Below, one piece after another: positions 45,782 through 59,770 of a DNA stretch of 64,000 nt. Each line of letters starts with the position of its first letter. Within the stretch, counting starts at the first letter, position 1. Under the pieces are notes generated by a model. It worked only from the letters and a program-made list of their open reading frames with translations, searched no databases and was not told the DNA's origin. The translations under genes and the position numbers were made by a program. This DNA comes from Enoplolaimus lenunculus (lineage: Eukaryota). Location of the stretch: NCBI GenBank assembly GCA_030248215.1, contig JASANG010000295.1, positions 434,001-498,000 on the forward strand. The letters are read 5' to 3'.

Positions 45782-47428
45782 CCATATCAATACTATTTTT
45801 GCAAAAATTCTGTATAGCCTCCGGGTGATGTTTAGCGTTTTATTGACGCCCCTGGCGGTGTCTTGCCTCATTCGGAATGACGTCGCATTGTTTCTCAGCG
45901 AAAGCTGAGATACAGGTGTCAGGGAATCATTCCCATGTCCGTACAGAGTATCTCGCCAGACTAGACTTCTGTCTAGAGCATGCCTAGGCTCAAAATTTAT
46001 TTGGTGACCGCTGTTAATACTTAGCCATAGCATACAGTAGGCATTCTGGTCAATAAACATTTTAACTAGATGGTCACTATAAATCTGTAGCGTGCGTCAC
46101 AACAATACGTTTCGGTTGCACACCGGTGTTACTTATGGAAACTTGTTAGACGTCTATTCAAAGTATAAAAATTTATTTAACCGAACACAAAACGATATGA
46201 GGTGAGTTTGTAAAACCTATTTCTTTAATTTTCTAACTGATTTTCCATGTATATGTAATAAATTTTAGAAGTTATACGCCACCATACCATATTTAAAGAA
46301 ACAGTCACTGTATTCAACGGCACCAGCTTCTCGTTTTATAGAGGTACATACGTTCAGACAAATATTCATTTGTTCTTCATTCAGTGGTTTTACCATGTTC
46401 GTAAACGGATAGTAAAAATAACGGAAACGGGAAACGGATACTGAAGTATAAAAACATTTCAAAGATGATTTATTTTTCTACCAATACAACTGAAGCATAT
46501 AAACATTCATCGGACTTTCTAAAATTATAAAGAAAAATAGCGGATGCTCTCAAGTTTTTGATGAATCTTGTCATTTTCAAATCGAATTGCATAGCATATC
46601 TGCAATGAAAAATTGCTTGATTTATACGTGATTTATAACTAATTATGAACATAAAATAACTGAATTTTCGGTATTTTTATAATGCAAACGGACATCGAGT
46701 TTTATCGGATACAGACCTCCGGGATACATTCTGGTGGTTACTGTACAATATTATACGATTGTTCTTCATCCATCTATCCATTGGTTTCTACTTTCGTTTA
46801 AACCATGCTGTAAGTTGACCTCTGAGGTCTAAACTAGTTCAACCTTAGCAAACTTGAGTAATGTTACGGTCTAACACATGTATTTAACCATTTTTATTCT
46901 CGTCAGCAAAAACTAGCAAAATAATTTCATTTGCGCCGTCAATACGTACATCAAACACCAAATACAATACAAATAACTAATTGTAATCCGAAACATCGAC
47001 TCGACAATTAGTCGAATATAATTTTGTTTCCGCTAGGATAAGATAATGCATACGCGGTTCAGAAAATTTCCAGGGGGTGATTTTATAACCAAAAAAATTT
47101 CTTAGGGGAAAAACTGTAAAGTAAGAACCTTATAATTTTGTCACCAAAAATTATCAAAGGGAAAAAATTGTAAGGTTTTATCACAAAAAATTTGTGAGGT
47201 TAAAAATTGTATTTTTTACAAAAAAATGTCTGATGGGGTAATATGTAGGTAGGGACCTTACCATTTTATCACAAATCCTGACGGGGGGGTGTACGCCTCC
47301 ACCCATCCCCCCTCCCCTCTGGATCCCTGCTAGTTGGTTAAATAAAAGAGGAGAAGATGAAAAAGGCTTCAAGTGTAATTTCAAGTCGTACATTTGTCAA
47401 CTTTTCCAACTTTCCCACTTTGTTAAGC

Positions 47429-47720
47429 TAAAGCCCATGCTTCATGTGCAAATTTTTGCAGCGAGAACTCGCAGCTGGAACTAGCACAAAATACTTGCAG
47501 CTACAAGTATTTTTAAAGGAAAACTGCAATTGACAAATCAAACTGCAGGTGCCAGAAATTCAAGCGACTTGCAACCACTGCGTTCACAGGTGCTAATTAA
47601 GTTAAATTGCATGAATTTTAGTGAATAATTTGCAGCTGCAAGAACTTCAAAGCTGCATTGTGACCAAACTTGCGCTTGCAAGTTTTTGCTGCAAAAACTT
47701 GCACGTGTGAAAGGGCTTTA
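47429..47720. mobile_element. MITE with imperfect TIRs, possibly PIF/Harbinger-like
   Basis: taaagccc...tgtgcaaatttttgcagc pairs with gctgcaaaaacttgcacg...gggcttta. Confidence 0.55.
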
Positions 47721-48722
47721 GAAATATGTCTCTGGTCTGAAACTAATAGCAACGAGCCAATAGGTTTGATTGATATCCAGGTCCGATTTAGCCTGATGCC
47801 CCTACATATACTATATTAGACCAAAATTATTCAGGGTCTTTTCCGTTATTCCTCCAGCTAGCGCTCGTCCGAAAATGGTTCGATTTTGAAATTTTGTTTG
47901 CATATTTGAGCTTCTCTAGACCAGCCTTCCCTTGATCATTTCACGCCTAAATTTGAATTTTTGAAAAATTCTATTTTTAAAGTTTCAAGGCCATGAAGGC
48001 TGACCCATGTGTCCCAAAAAAATTTTGTCAAAAAGTTTATTGAGTTTGAGCTACATTGTATTGTTATCTAGACACAAAATAAATCGTCTTTTATATTCAA
48101 GAAATATTCTCTGGAATTTAAGACAATTATGTCTTAATACGGACTCCAGAAATAAATGTCTTGAGTTAAAAATGTTTTAATTCTTAAATTTTCCAGAAAT
48201 ATGGGCCCGAAATTTTTCTGACTTTAAAGCCTGAAATTAAAATCTTTGTTTCATGAACGATTAAGACAGATATTTCTGAAATATAAGACAAAGTTATTTG
48301 AAATGCAAGTCAAAGATTTTCCGGAGAAACCGACTCCAAAATTAGGGCTAACGCAACCTAAGATACGTACAAGACGTAAACTTCTTATAAATTGGCAACA
48401 GTAATTTTTTGAACAGAAAACTTTTATGTTTTAATCGTTTCAGACACAAATTTCTGAGCTGTTTAAGGCTATTAAAATGTCTGAAATATCAGACATTTAT
48501 GTCTTGAAAATTCAAGAAAACAGACGTATTGAAATGTTAAGAAATTTAACGGATAGTTCCAATGATGAATATATATCAGCAGCGAAGGGCGGGTTAAAAA
48601 TAACTCAAAGTCCGGAACTGAATAACATGGGATACGCTCTGGAGAGGCCAAATAAATATCAGTTCCCCTCAGGAGACGCTAAATAAATATCAGTCCCCCC
48701 TTTTATTCGGGTCACTACAGTA

Positions 48723-51319
48723 CTATTGTTTTTCGTGTTCAAAAAAATTTGTCACATTTGTCAGCTCTAAACCAAATTTTTCATAATATAGCTTCGACAA
48801 TTTATTGAGGTGTCGTTTAAAATGAGTTCCACCAAGCGATTTTTCTGTCTCACTGAAGCGGTTGCGAACGCATTGACAAGTATCGTTTTGAAGTGGCCAA
48901 TAGAAGAAGCCGTACCGAGTGACCGGGCTACAAGGACTCAGCCAAAATCGGCGGCTCTGGACCGTGTCGGAATCGAGTAATGAACGCTTGGTTAATGATC
49001 TCCCAGTATCAGCAACTAGTGGATTGTAGTCAATTTTGGCGATTTGACATGGTGGATAATCTTTCGACTCGAAATTTCTTTTCGATTTAAGCCCTACAAA
49101 ATGTACTACGCGCGTAAATTTGTTTGCGTTCTCGTGGAATTCATCCACGGCTGAAGTGGCACGAAAAAATCGATAATGATATATTTTGATATAAAAATAA
49201 ACGAATTTCATGGCTGTTTAAGGCTATTAATGTGTGAAATACGAGACATTTACGTATTGAAAATCCTAGAAAGCAAGAGTCTTTAAATTTTAAGACATTT
49301 TATTTTGCGTGTAGTTCAAAAGGCGAGCTACGGGATGCAGTGGTAGATTATAAAAGTAGTTTAAGAGGCGGGATACGTGGCGCAGTGGTACAGTGTAAGG
49401 ATCCATACGTCGCTAATTTGAAACCACCCGTGATCCGCTGTTTCAGCTGCTAAAAATGTCTGAAGTCTCGGATCTATAGAGAGTGACAGGCCCACCTACA
49501 TGGATCAACATTAAAATTTTTGTATTAAGCCATATATACATATACTGACACTGCGTTTGGCTTCTCGTTCGTTCGCACGTGAGCTTTTTTCATTATTATA
49601 TACATATAGTGTAGTTCCTATGGTGAAAAATGTCTAGTCCTTGCACTCATGACCAGTATTTAACTTACCCGGGTAGTTATGTTTTCTCCTGTTTTCAGGT
49701 GAATTAGAATAATTTGGCCGTTTTAAAATCACTGTTTCGTCTAGCCGTTTCTTCGGTGTCGATACAATTGTGGTCGCTTTTGTACAAGTAAACACAGTAA
49801 AATATGGCCGCGTATGAACTGTCACGACTAAATCGATGCAGGTATCTGAAAATAAAAAGTCAAATTAAACCCTTGCAATTAGCAAAATACTAAAGAATCA
49901 CTGTGACTAAAAACCTATTATACTAGGCAGCGATAAATGTTGGACGAATGGGCGACAATTCGCCGCCTGACTACTTGTCGCTTTCGCTTAACCCTTTCTC
50001 ACATGAATATTTTCTATTTTGCCTGAGACCTACTTTTATGCTTGGATTCGAACTCCGGTGACTGGAGTGGGAAGCGTATGCCATCAACACTCAGCTATAG
50101 GAGCTTGACGCTCGAGCCCAAGGGGGCTCTCACGTCTTGTGGTGATTTAGTACTATGTATACGTGTTGCAATTGTTCAACAAGGTGCGATATACATTATT
50201 TAACGTATATACACTGCGCTAAGTTGCCTATAGGCAACTCAATGTGAGAAGGGGTTAAGTCAAAACATAAATATTAATTATAAGCTTATGCGCAATAATG
50301 GGCAACAAATTGTCGAGTCGACGAGATTTCGAAGCACAAGTTGTCGGGTAACAACTTTTCGGGCGACAAGGTTTTGGGCGACGAATTGAAAATGGAAGCA
50401 TCGTATTCTGGTTGCGAGCATACTTCATAAGGGGTGCAGCAAAAGCGGAAGTAACCCACCCTCCACCTTTTGAAAACCAAATCTTTGCTTTGAGGTTATG
50501 ACTAAAATTGCGTTTGGCTATTCGCTTGTTTCGGTCACAGTAATTGTTTCGTTACGCCTCTACGTAGGATTGGACTAAACTTGCAGGTGTGACGGGCAAT
50601 CACTTTGGTAATTACCGAGCGTGTTCAATCGTCCCAGCCTATCGGTACGACCGCAACGCCGCTTACCAATTGAACAATTGCAGTATATTAAGCTTTGAAA
50701 AATTAAACTATTTATAATAATATATACATACAGTGCCGGAGCAGGCAGGGGTGGGGGCTCTCCCCAAGTTTCAGGGTGGGGGGCCCCAAATTCGCGAGCG
50801 AAGCGAGCGAGACGCATTTTAAACTTAAGCGGTTTTTGTTTCAACCGGTTAGGGTGGGAGCCCCTTTAAGGGTGGCAGCCCCACAAATGGGGGGTATGGG
50901 GGGTTCATATTGCGTGTGAAGTGCAAAATCCCACCTTTCTCACAATCTCCACAAAACCGTAACTTGCTAAACTTTGCCACACGATTATAAAACACGGTTC
51001 GTGCGTTTTCGGCATATATCGATGTTGCAGCGTCGGAATCTGATTCAAGCGCCTGACAAATCCCAATCACAGCACTTGTACCGTCTGGAATCTTGCATAA
51101 ACTATCGTTTTCAAGTGCAATTATTGCAAAATTATGCGCTACATCCGGTTCAGTGTTGCGGCTGATCCGGGTATAAACGAATTGAGGTGAGTTTGACAGT
51201 GTCAGCCGACACGGAAGTATTGTCGGCTCTTTCTTTTTAGTATCTGGTTTTGTAGTTCCTGATGTACTTGTGATGGTTTCAGTAGGAAACTCAGCGATTA
51301 CATTGACAGGATGAGACAT
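48723..51319 (-). CDS. Highly divergent Runt-domain protein, ~329 aa. Exons 51319-50935, 49845-49669, 49150-48723
   Basis: SNSPQFVYT...FAIIAL...IPDGTSAVIG...ENARTVFYNRVAKFSKLRFCG...KG^DTCIDLVVTVHTRPY...KATTI aligns by eye to Runt (TDSPNFLCS; F.VVAL..VPDGT.V; NATA..KNQVARFNDLRFVG; LTITV.T.P). Both GT-AG introns are phase 1 at the same positions as in the neighbouring Runx gene (exon 2 is 177 versus 180 nt), and the spliced frame is open. Confidence 0.75.
49988..50258. mobile_element. piggyBac-like MITE containing a tRNA-like segment; partial copy at ~38225-38390
   Basis: ttaa-ccctttctcacat...atgtgagaagggg-ttaa. The minus strand carries tagctgagtg...ggagttcgaatcc (A-box and B-box-like). Confidence 0.75.
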
Positions 51320-54300
51320 CCTTGATGATAGTATACTGGAGTTTACAAAGACTAGGCGTTATCACAACAGAAAGCATATTGAATCATATGTATATATCAT
51401 AAAGCTGGAACGCCCACAATGCGTTATGGGCTTCGTTCCAGGTTTATTTTTGTGCTAAAAATGTTTACGAAAAAAAATTAAATCAAATTAATTAAATAGT
51501 AATCATAGCTTAAGATTTAGACATATTTTCTCATGCTAAGGGCTTTGGAAAATGCTTACACTACTGTTACAGCCTTGTTCTAAGCGTTGACTCAATTTTT
51601 TAGGATGTTCATGTGGCAGATATACAGCAACTGCTATCACTAGTATAAACTTACATTAAAAATTCATTTTCACTTCTTGTGAGTGCAAGTAAAATGTACA
51701 ACTTTTTATAATTAAATTTTACTCTTGTGGACGTTCCCAAACATTTGAGCATAGGGTTTAAAAGTTATAATCTTAAGAACAACGTTTGCTTTTTGACGGA
51801 AAATTTGTACCAACTGTAGCTCAACCTACGTCAACATACCTAGTTTTTAAGAACATTTCGGGTTACGCTATACTCGCCGCGCGTCGTTGTGCGTATGCGC
51901 GCCGCGCAGTAAAATTATTTATTAGAAATTCCCTAAAAAATTTGGCCTGTATTTTTGTTAGTAACGCACAGCGGCGCGCGGTGGCGTGCGATACCGTGCG
52001 GTAGCGCACTGCGGCGTGTGGCGACGTTTGGCACAGAAATGTATAGCGCAACCCTAGTAATTTTTTAAAAGTATGTAAACGAACTAGGATAGAGTAGATA
52101 TTATTAAAATATAAAGAAGTATATACTGAGTGACTAGTAAACAAGTGTTTTTCAAGTGCGAGAGCCGGGACTTTTTGAACAACGTAAAAAACAAGACGCG
52201 AAAGGTAAAAACATTTTATGTCCAACATTGATACAAAAGTTTATGAGCAGTGATCCACGTCATGTATCGGGGCTTAGACAGTTGGACTGAAGACTTAGAG
52301 ACTAGAAAGCTAAGGCTTTGGCTTACCCTTGAACTAGGCTTATGTTTTTGCTCAGGCTTAGATTTAGTCGTAGGCTAGGTTTATGCTTATTCTTAGTAGG
52401 CAGGCTCGTGCAGTTAAGAAGGACCTGTGTAGCCATCGAAACCTTTACTTCACATTAAAGTTATAATTGTTTCTGTAAAATAGTATACGTTGCAATTTCT
52501 GTCTTAATATATTAAAAGTTTAAAAATAAAACAATTTGCTAAAACTGTTTTAAAACTTCATTGATAGTTAAAACCGTTTCGCCATGCTGACTACAAAATT
52601 GATGACATTAAAAATCTATGTTAAGATTTTATTTACCTTAACCGGAATTAAACAGCGACAGATCCTATAGTTTCCGACAGGCAGAGTGCAATTAATAATG
52701 ATGAAAATACTTCGCAGACGTGAAGCCAAACATAATTTTGCTACTAAATATCAATATTAAGCCTTGGTTTTGTGTCATTGTTGTGTTTCTGTATATATGG
52801 TGTACTTTATTCCGGTTGCGCGGCTAAGGTTTGAGTGGACTTAGTACCTAATTATTTATCTTGTGGACTGACTGCATGCCGCGTTGTAACATAACTGTCT
52901 TGTTGCATTTTTACGCGTGATACGTAATTGCTTTGAGCATTTCATTCATTATGTAAAATTTACTTAGTGTATTAAATTGCAAAGTCAGTTGTATTTTGTT
53001 AAAAAATATAGTTTACACGCCCACAAACCAAAACAAACGGCAGGATTGCAAAAAACCGTGAAAAAAAATTAAAAAATATAAGAGCGAATTTTCACTGGTA
53101 GACGAGATCAGCGCTTACAGGTTCAAGGTGGCGGGGGGGCACCGAGACCTTGGTCCTCGCGCCAACAGCGATTAAAGCCAAAGTTTTGTGCTAAGAATTA
53201 AGTGTTAAAATTGCGTTCGACTTCAATTTGGTTCGTTCGTATGTTTCGTTTTAGCATTATTTATGGTGCGGCGATTTACACTAGAACATTCTCGATCCGC
53301 CATCACTGGAGTTCGGTTGAAGACAAAAGACTTTTTATTTATATGTTTATACTTCGCAGTAAGCGTTTTTTTCCTTGAAAACATTAATTACTAATATTAA
53401 AATATTGAATAGTTTGCTCAAAAATGGAAAAATTGTTCCTGCATGTTAACCGCGCAAAATAGTAATTTAGTTGAAATACTTAGACCTGAATTAGAAACTC
53501 AAGCCATGCCCTGCAATAGCAGTCAAAAATAAAATTTCGCGTTAAGCGTGAACACTGCGTTTGACTTTTCGCTCGGTTTGATCGCAAGCGTTTTTTACTA
53601 TCGTCCGCGGGTACCCGCGGGTAACCGCGAATCGGGTAAAGAATTTCAGGCGCAGGGTATACCCGCGACAAAAGATTTGTATCACGCGGATAAAAAAATT
53701 GGCAGTTCTTACCCTTGCCAACCTTTTATGTGTTAACATGCAAAATATCGGCTAGTAACTAATATAGTGACCCGAATAAGAGGGAAACTGACATTTATTT
53801 GGCCTCTCCAGAGGGTGCCCCCCTGTTATTGGGTTACGGACTGTTATCCGGAAACGGAAACGGATATCCGGTTGCACCCTGGCAAACAGTCATCTGATAT
53901 TTATACTAGCAAAATATTGATAAGAACAACGCATGTCGGTTCAATATATAAAGCGGGGTTGTGATGCTAATCATTCAGCTAATAAGGGAACGTGAACTAC
54001 TTTGAGTAAGCTTCCATATCTTACGTAACGTGATATTGTCTGTTTTACTTCTGGTCAGATGCTGTGTAGTTTTATACCGGTGCTTCATTTAGTTGGGTTT
54101 CAAATTTTGTTGTTTAGTTTATAAAAGCTTCATGTGTAAAATTCATTGAAGCTATAAACGTAAAACTTCATTAACTTGCAAATCATCAGCAAACTTTAAC
54201 ATTCTGGTTTTACTTCAGTCGCGGGTAAAAGGTGGGTCGCGGGTAGATCTTTTTAGCGCGGGTATGCCCGCGGGTAAGAAATGCATTACGTGGGTAAAGC

Positions 54301-57300
54301 GCGGGTGCGTAAAAAAATCCTTACACACTTCCAGTTGTGGTCCGCCACTATTTAAATGAATTGTAAAAAATAAAACAAATCCCCCTCTTATGCGGGCCAC
54401 TACAGTATGTTTTTACGCTGATGAGTATTGAGCACTTAAATTTAATGTTAAAAATTCTATTAAAGTACTACCTAGCTAATTTTTATACTCAGAATTTAAG
54501 TGTATTGTTAACAATTCAAAAATGCCGTTTTTACTCTGACAATACTGTTGATGTTGGCCAGTTTAAACCTTACCATGAAGAGCTTGTGCTGAAAAATTGA
54601 AATTCAGTACTAGCATGTGTACTCCTACACATAAAACAGGTTACGGTGAAAACGGCAGCGAAGCGTTACACAGGGACGAAAGAAACTTTTTTCCTAACCT
54701 GGCGAATTGATTTAATGCTCTCGTTAACCTAAAATTAAACTAGCCACTTACAGAATTACGAGATATTTTTTCTTTTGTTAGGAGGGGCCGATTGACCCTC
54801 CTTTTCCTACGTGCTTGGTTTTACATAAATGTTCTGTAAATATGCTTTGATCTTGTCGCTCGCTTTAAAGCGAAGCTAAAACTAAAAAGTTTCATACGTA
54901 AAGCATTGTTCCAAACCTATTTTACAGCATTTTATTTTAAAAACTCAGCTAGTAGAAATCGTCAAGTTTTAGACAAAACATTTCACTGTACAAACGGAAC
55001 CGTGGATCTTAAAAAGCTTACATTTCTAAGATCTCAAACAGTATTAAGAAAAACTTACTGTACTGACCCGAATAAGAGGGGGACTGATATTTATTTGGCC
55101 TATCTGGAGGGCACCCCCTGTTATTCGGTTACGAACTGTTATTTATTTTTTACTCACGCTCCGCCATTCTTCGTTACTAGATATGTATCCAGTACTGCAG
55201 TTATCCGTAGAACTAAACGTTTGTCTTGTATCAAAAGCTTGAGCGATAATGCAAAGTTATACTTAGGAATGTACTTTCACAACTTAAAATTATATTTAAA
55301 GTTTCGAACTCAGCTTTATTAGGTCCCGGAGACATTCAATCACTACTTTTAGGGATAATTTACATTTATGGACTCTAATTAGAGTTTAGGGACTCTATAC
55401 GGTTACGGACTCATACTACGGATACGGACTCGTATTGAATAAGACTCAATATGGGTACCCCCTCTTATTACTCTCTTTTATTCGAGTCACTACAGTACAT
55501 GTGCAAATTTTTTCGAAAGCCAGCTGGTGCATTAAATAAGACAATCCAAACTTTTAGGTAATCACTGATGTTAAGGTGAATATTGTAATATTTCAACGAA
55601 TAAATGTAGTTCTGTATATATTTTAACGCCGATCCAAGCATAAAACTAGTATTGTTTTATCTTTATAAGGGACGTCATATTCACAATAATCAAAAATATA
55701 AAGTATTTTTCGGCAAAACAGTCCAAAGCATATGAAATGTTTTAACTCAACTCGAGTATTAAGTTATTTGTAGCCAGCGCATACATACATCGGCATCTGC
55801 TTAATACGAAACGAGCCTCGGAAGGACATAAAACTTAAAAAAATTGGATTTTTCAAAAATTAAAATTTTGGGGCAGAAAGATCAGGAATGGTCATGAGAA
55901 CAGGTACTTAATATATGTGCAAGATGTGGATCGTGTTTCCCATGCGGCCAAGAAAAATCTGGCTCTTCTACAGAATATTGACATTATTTCATGAGAGCAA
56001 GTATGTTATCAATATTTCGATATCTTCTTCGCTCCCCAGGTTTCTTTCACTATATCTGAGCATCCTACTGGCATAGCCAATGGCGGATCCACGGGGGGGG
56101 CACCCCGGCCGTGGACCCCCCAACAGCATCTCGACAAAAATTATATAGTGTCAATTGCTGTTCTTCTACGCTGTTTATTTCTCTGTATTATACACAATAG
56201 TATAAGCACGCTTTAAAGTTTCTTGGCCCTGGAGTCATTTATGCGCTACAATTAGGGATAATAGACATTTATGGAGTCTAAACAAGGGTTTAAGGACTCT
56301 ACCCGCTTGCTGACTCTTATTAGGGATACGGACTCCTATTAATTGGGACTCAAAATGGGGACCCCCTCTTATTTGGGTCACTACAGTATGGGTCAAAAAT
56401 AAGTTTATTACCTGTGAAATTTTGGCCCCCATTTTGAAATCCTGGATCCGCCACTATGCATAACCAACGGGGCCATCCAGGCAACGGCCTCCCAACAGGG
56501 ATCTACAATCCCTCCAATTTGACAGATAACGAAATATTTTGGATTCAAATATTGTTTGAAATTGCACTTGCATATCTCGTTTGCTTTGCTTTCGAAGTTT
56601 TTTTTCACAATTTCATTAATTGACGCAGTTCTTTGCCATAGTAATAAACACGGTATGCATGAAAATGTTAACTGAGAGTACTTCGGTTTATCTCCGTAAT
56701 TACGAAACTATGCTAGTTTTTAGCGTAATTCAAAACGACAGAATTTTTAGTTTTTTAATGATTTGTTCAAAAGTTTATAAAATCCATTCGCAATTCTTAC
56801 ATTCCGGTGATGTTTAGGCTACAGCAATCGCTTAAAAGGTGCAAAATATCAGGCATATAAGCTGAAGTATTAATGTAAAATTTTTAGCTACAATATACAT
56901 TTGGCAAAAAAACTGCTAAAACACTGTAAAATATGTGATTGCAAAAGTTATGAATGGGCAACAGTTCGCGGAATCGGAAATGACTAGAATTTTAGCACAA
57001 ACTACTATTTTGGCAGAGGTGTTCAATATTTTAGAGTTTGACTTTATAGCACATGGATTGAATATAAAAGTAAAATCCAAAATACGGCTTCGTCAAACGT
57101 AGTAAAGTAAGCTAAAAATAAATTCACGGAGGTTGTTTTATACGATGTTTGCATATTTAAAATTGCTAAAAATAATACGCGGAACTATATATAGCGCTGT
57201 ACACTGAAGTTAAACCAGAATTTTAAAGATTGCTGGTCATTTACACTTTAATGAAGTTTATGTTTATAGCTCAAAGTTTGTTTGATAATCGCTAAAACTA

Positions 57301-58224
57301 AATATGTTCCACAAACTTTAGAATTTGTAGCTTTAGCATTGAACAATCTTCGGTTTTCAACACTCACTGACTAGCTGTTCTAGCGTACATTGTTCACGTT
57401 TAACACATTAAAAGTTGGCGCGTTGGTAACAACTGCCGTTTTTTACCCGTGTAATGCCAATCATTACCTGCGAGTATACCCGCGCCTGAAATTCTTTACC
57501 CGACCCGCGATTACTCGCGGGTACCCGCGGGTTTTTCCAACTCTGTTTGAAGAGACCCCATTTCCGCCAAAACAGAGCTGTATTAACATTGGGAAGATTG
57601 AACCTGGAATATACACCGTAACCGTGTACAATTTAACATAAAATGTCTAAAAAATTTTGAAGCTGACTTCACTCCTCAGAGACAGCCTATTGCATCTTTT
57701 GCCGAAAATGTTATCTTCGGAACTGTGTCCATCCGCACGACTGTCAACGTTTTCTCTCTGTCGGCCGGGACAGCCAGGATAGCTTCGAGCCCGCTCTGTG
57801 GCTTGGACTTAGGCATTATGTTTTAGGTTTACGCTTAGGCTTGGGCTCTGGCGCAGGCTCAGGCTGCGCCTTGGTTTTATGGGTTAGGGCCCGGTTGTCA
57901 AAGCCACCCAACGAAATTATTGACAAATAGTTGTCCCGACTTCTCACAGTCCTGCGTAACTCAGCAAAAATATAAACCCAAAGCTGTCGCGACCGTCACG
58001 ACAAATCCAACGAAAACATAAGCTCGAAGCTTACCCGAATGTCCCAGCCGACCCAGAGGAAACATGAGCTAGAAGCTTTCCCGGTAATCCTGGTTGAGCT
58101 TTAAAAATATCGGCTCGAAGCTGTCCGCCTACCCAAGTAAAATCATGGGCCACAAGCTGTCCTGCCGTCCTAACAGAGATATTGGTTCAGGAGCAGGGTG
58201 CAGCCGGAGGTGAAAAATATCAGA

Positions 58225-58357
58225 GCCGGAACACGAGGTCAACAAAACAGCCGGAACCCGAGGTCAACAAAACAGCCGGAACACGAGGTCAACAAAACAG
58301 CCGAAACACGAGGTCAACAAAACTGCCGGAACACGAGGTCAACAAAACTGCCGGAAC
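58225..58357. repeat. 25-bp tandem repeat, about 5 copies, inside a dispersed gccgga-rich repeat family (also ~17800-18000, ~26110-26230, ~27390-27484)
   Basis: gccggaacacgaggtcaacaaaaca at 58225, 58250, 58275 and onward. Confidence 0.9.
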
Positions 58358-59494
58358 CAGAGCCGGAGGTGACACAAAATTAAGTAATTTAAACGGTGTT
58401 AATCTTAACAAATATCAATAAATCGTTGTCAAAAATTTTGGTTTCAGGTTTTTTCAATCTCGAAGATTTGTTCTCAAAATAGTACCAAAACGTAAAGTCA
58501 AACGCATCGAGCGATACAATTTTTATAAAACTATAAAAAATTTCCTACCGAAATTGCCGGAACTTCCGGCAGAAACTCTTCCTGAGCCCGAGGTCGATTT
58601 TCTGTTGGAGCTTTAGCTGATGGCAAACGTCCGATAGTACCCTGTGCAGCAGTGTTTACGGTTGCACTCCGGACCTATTACTGAGTCACGAATAAGCGGG
58701 ACGCCACTCTCAGAGTAACATTGGTCGTCGACTGGCAAATGTATCTTAATTTTACACGTAATATAATACAGTCATACAGATTATACATTAACACTGTTGA
58801 AGAGTGAAACAATAGTTAATAAAAGTGTACAGTTCTCAACATGAAATTTATTGAGTCATTCATATAGTTTGCCAACGACAGTTTCGCAATATTGAAAAAT
58901 AACCAAAAAGTTTATAAAATAACTAAAACTTTAACTAATAATAACGTTTTATTTATTTCTTCTCTTGCACCTATCATCTGTTGACAATTCACTATAAATT
59001 GGCGGACCGTAGTTCAATTTAGTCTGCTATGGCGGAAGCAGTGGTGTCTTTGCCCAAATGCCCTCTGCCGTCATGGAAATCTTCCATAACCCTTTGCTTC
59101 TGGGATATATTAAAGACATCACGAACCTTGCCTTTTGTTATGTAACGTACTGTCTTTATAAGTGAAGCACTGAGTTTAATATTGAGCGTAGCTTTCTTGT
59201 CAACTCTTTAATACTGTTTACGCTACTGTAAAAAATGGTACCCACATGCGAGTCCTTAAAGTTCTAAATTGCAGCATTTCCAAATTTCAAATGTCCCCAC
59301 ATCCAGTATTCACCCACCAGATAATTCCCACACCCTCTGAACGGCGTATATACTTCGTCACTTTATCACCCATACACATGCCACTTCATCAATATGTTAT
59401 AGACACGACAGCAGTTTTGTCCTGAGTCTGTCTGAAGTGAGTCCACCTTTTATATAAGACATAGTTTGTCCGAAGGGACTCTGTTTTAGCGAGG

Positions 59495-59770
59495 TATCAC
59501 GACAATTCGTCGCCGAGCCACTCGTCGGCCAACTTGTCATCGACCCTGACAACCTGTCGCTCGACAACTCGTCGACCTCGACAAAATGCCGCACCGACAA
59601 CTCGTCGATCCGACAACTTGTGGCCTGCAAGTATACTCGACAAGTTGTCGGGGCCGACAAGTTGTTGGGGCGACAAGTTGTTGGGGTTAAAGAGTTGTCG
59701 AGTTGTCGGAACAAGTTGACTTGTTCGACGACTTGTCAAGATCGACAACTTGCCGGGGGCCTCGAGTTGT
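59495..59770. repeat. cgacaa/ttgtcg-rich inverted-plus-tandem repeat, probably a MITE; related patch at ~50300-50390
   Basis: Repeated cgacaactcgtcg in the left half and cgacaagttgtcg in the right half. Confidence 0.6.

Noticed and set aside
49370..49430. Possible tRNA gene (tggcgcagtggt A-box)
   Set aside because: No convincing cloverleaf or intact B box; at most a SINE fragment.
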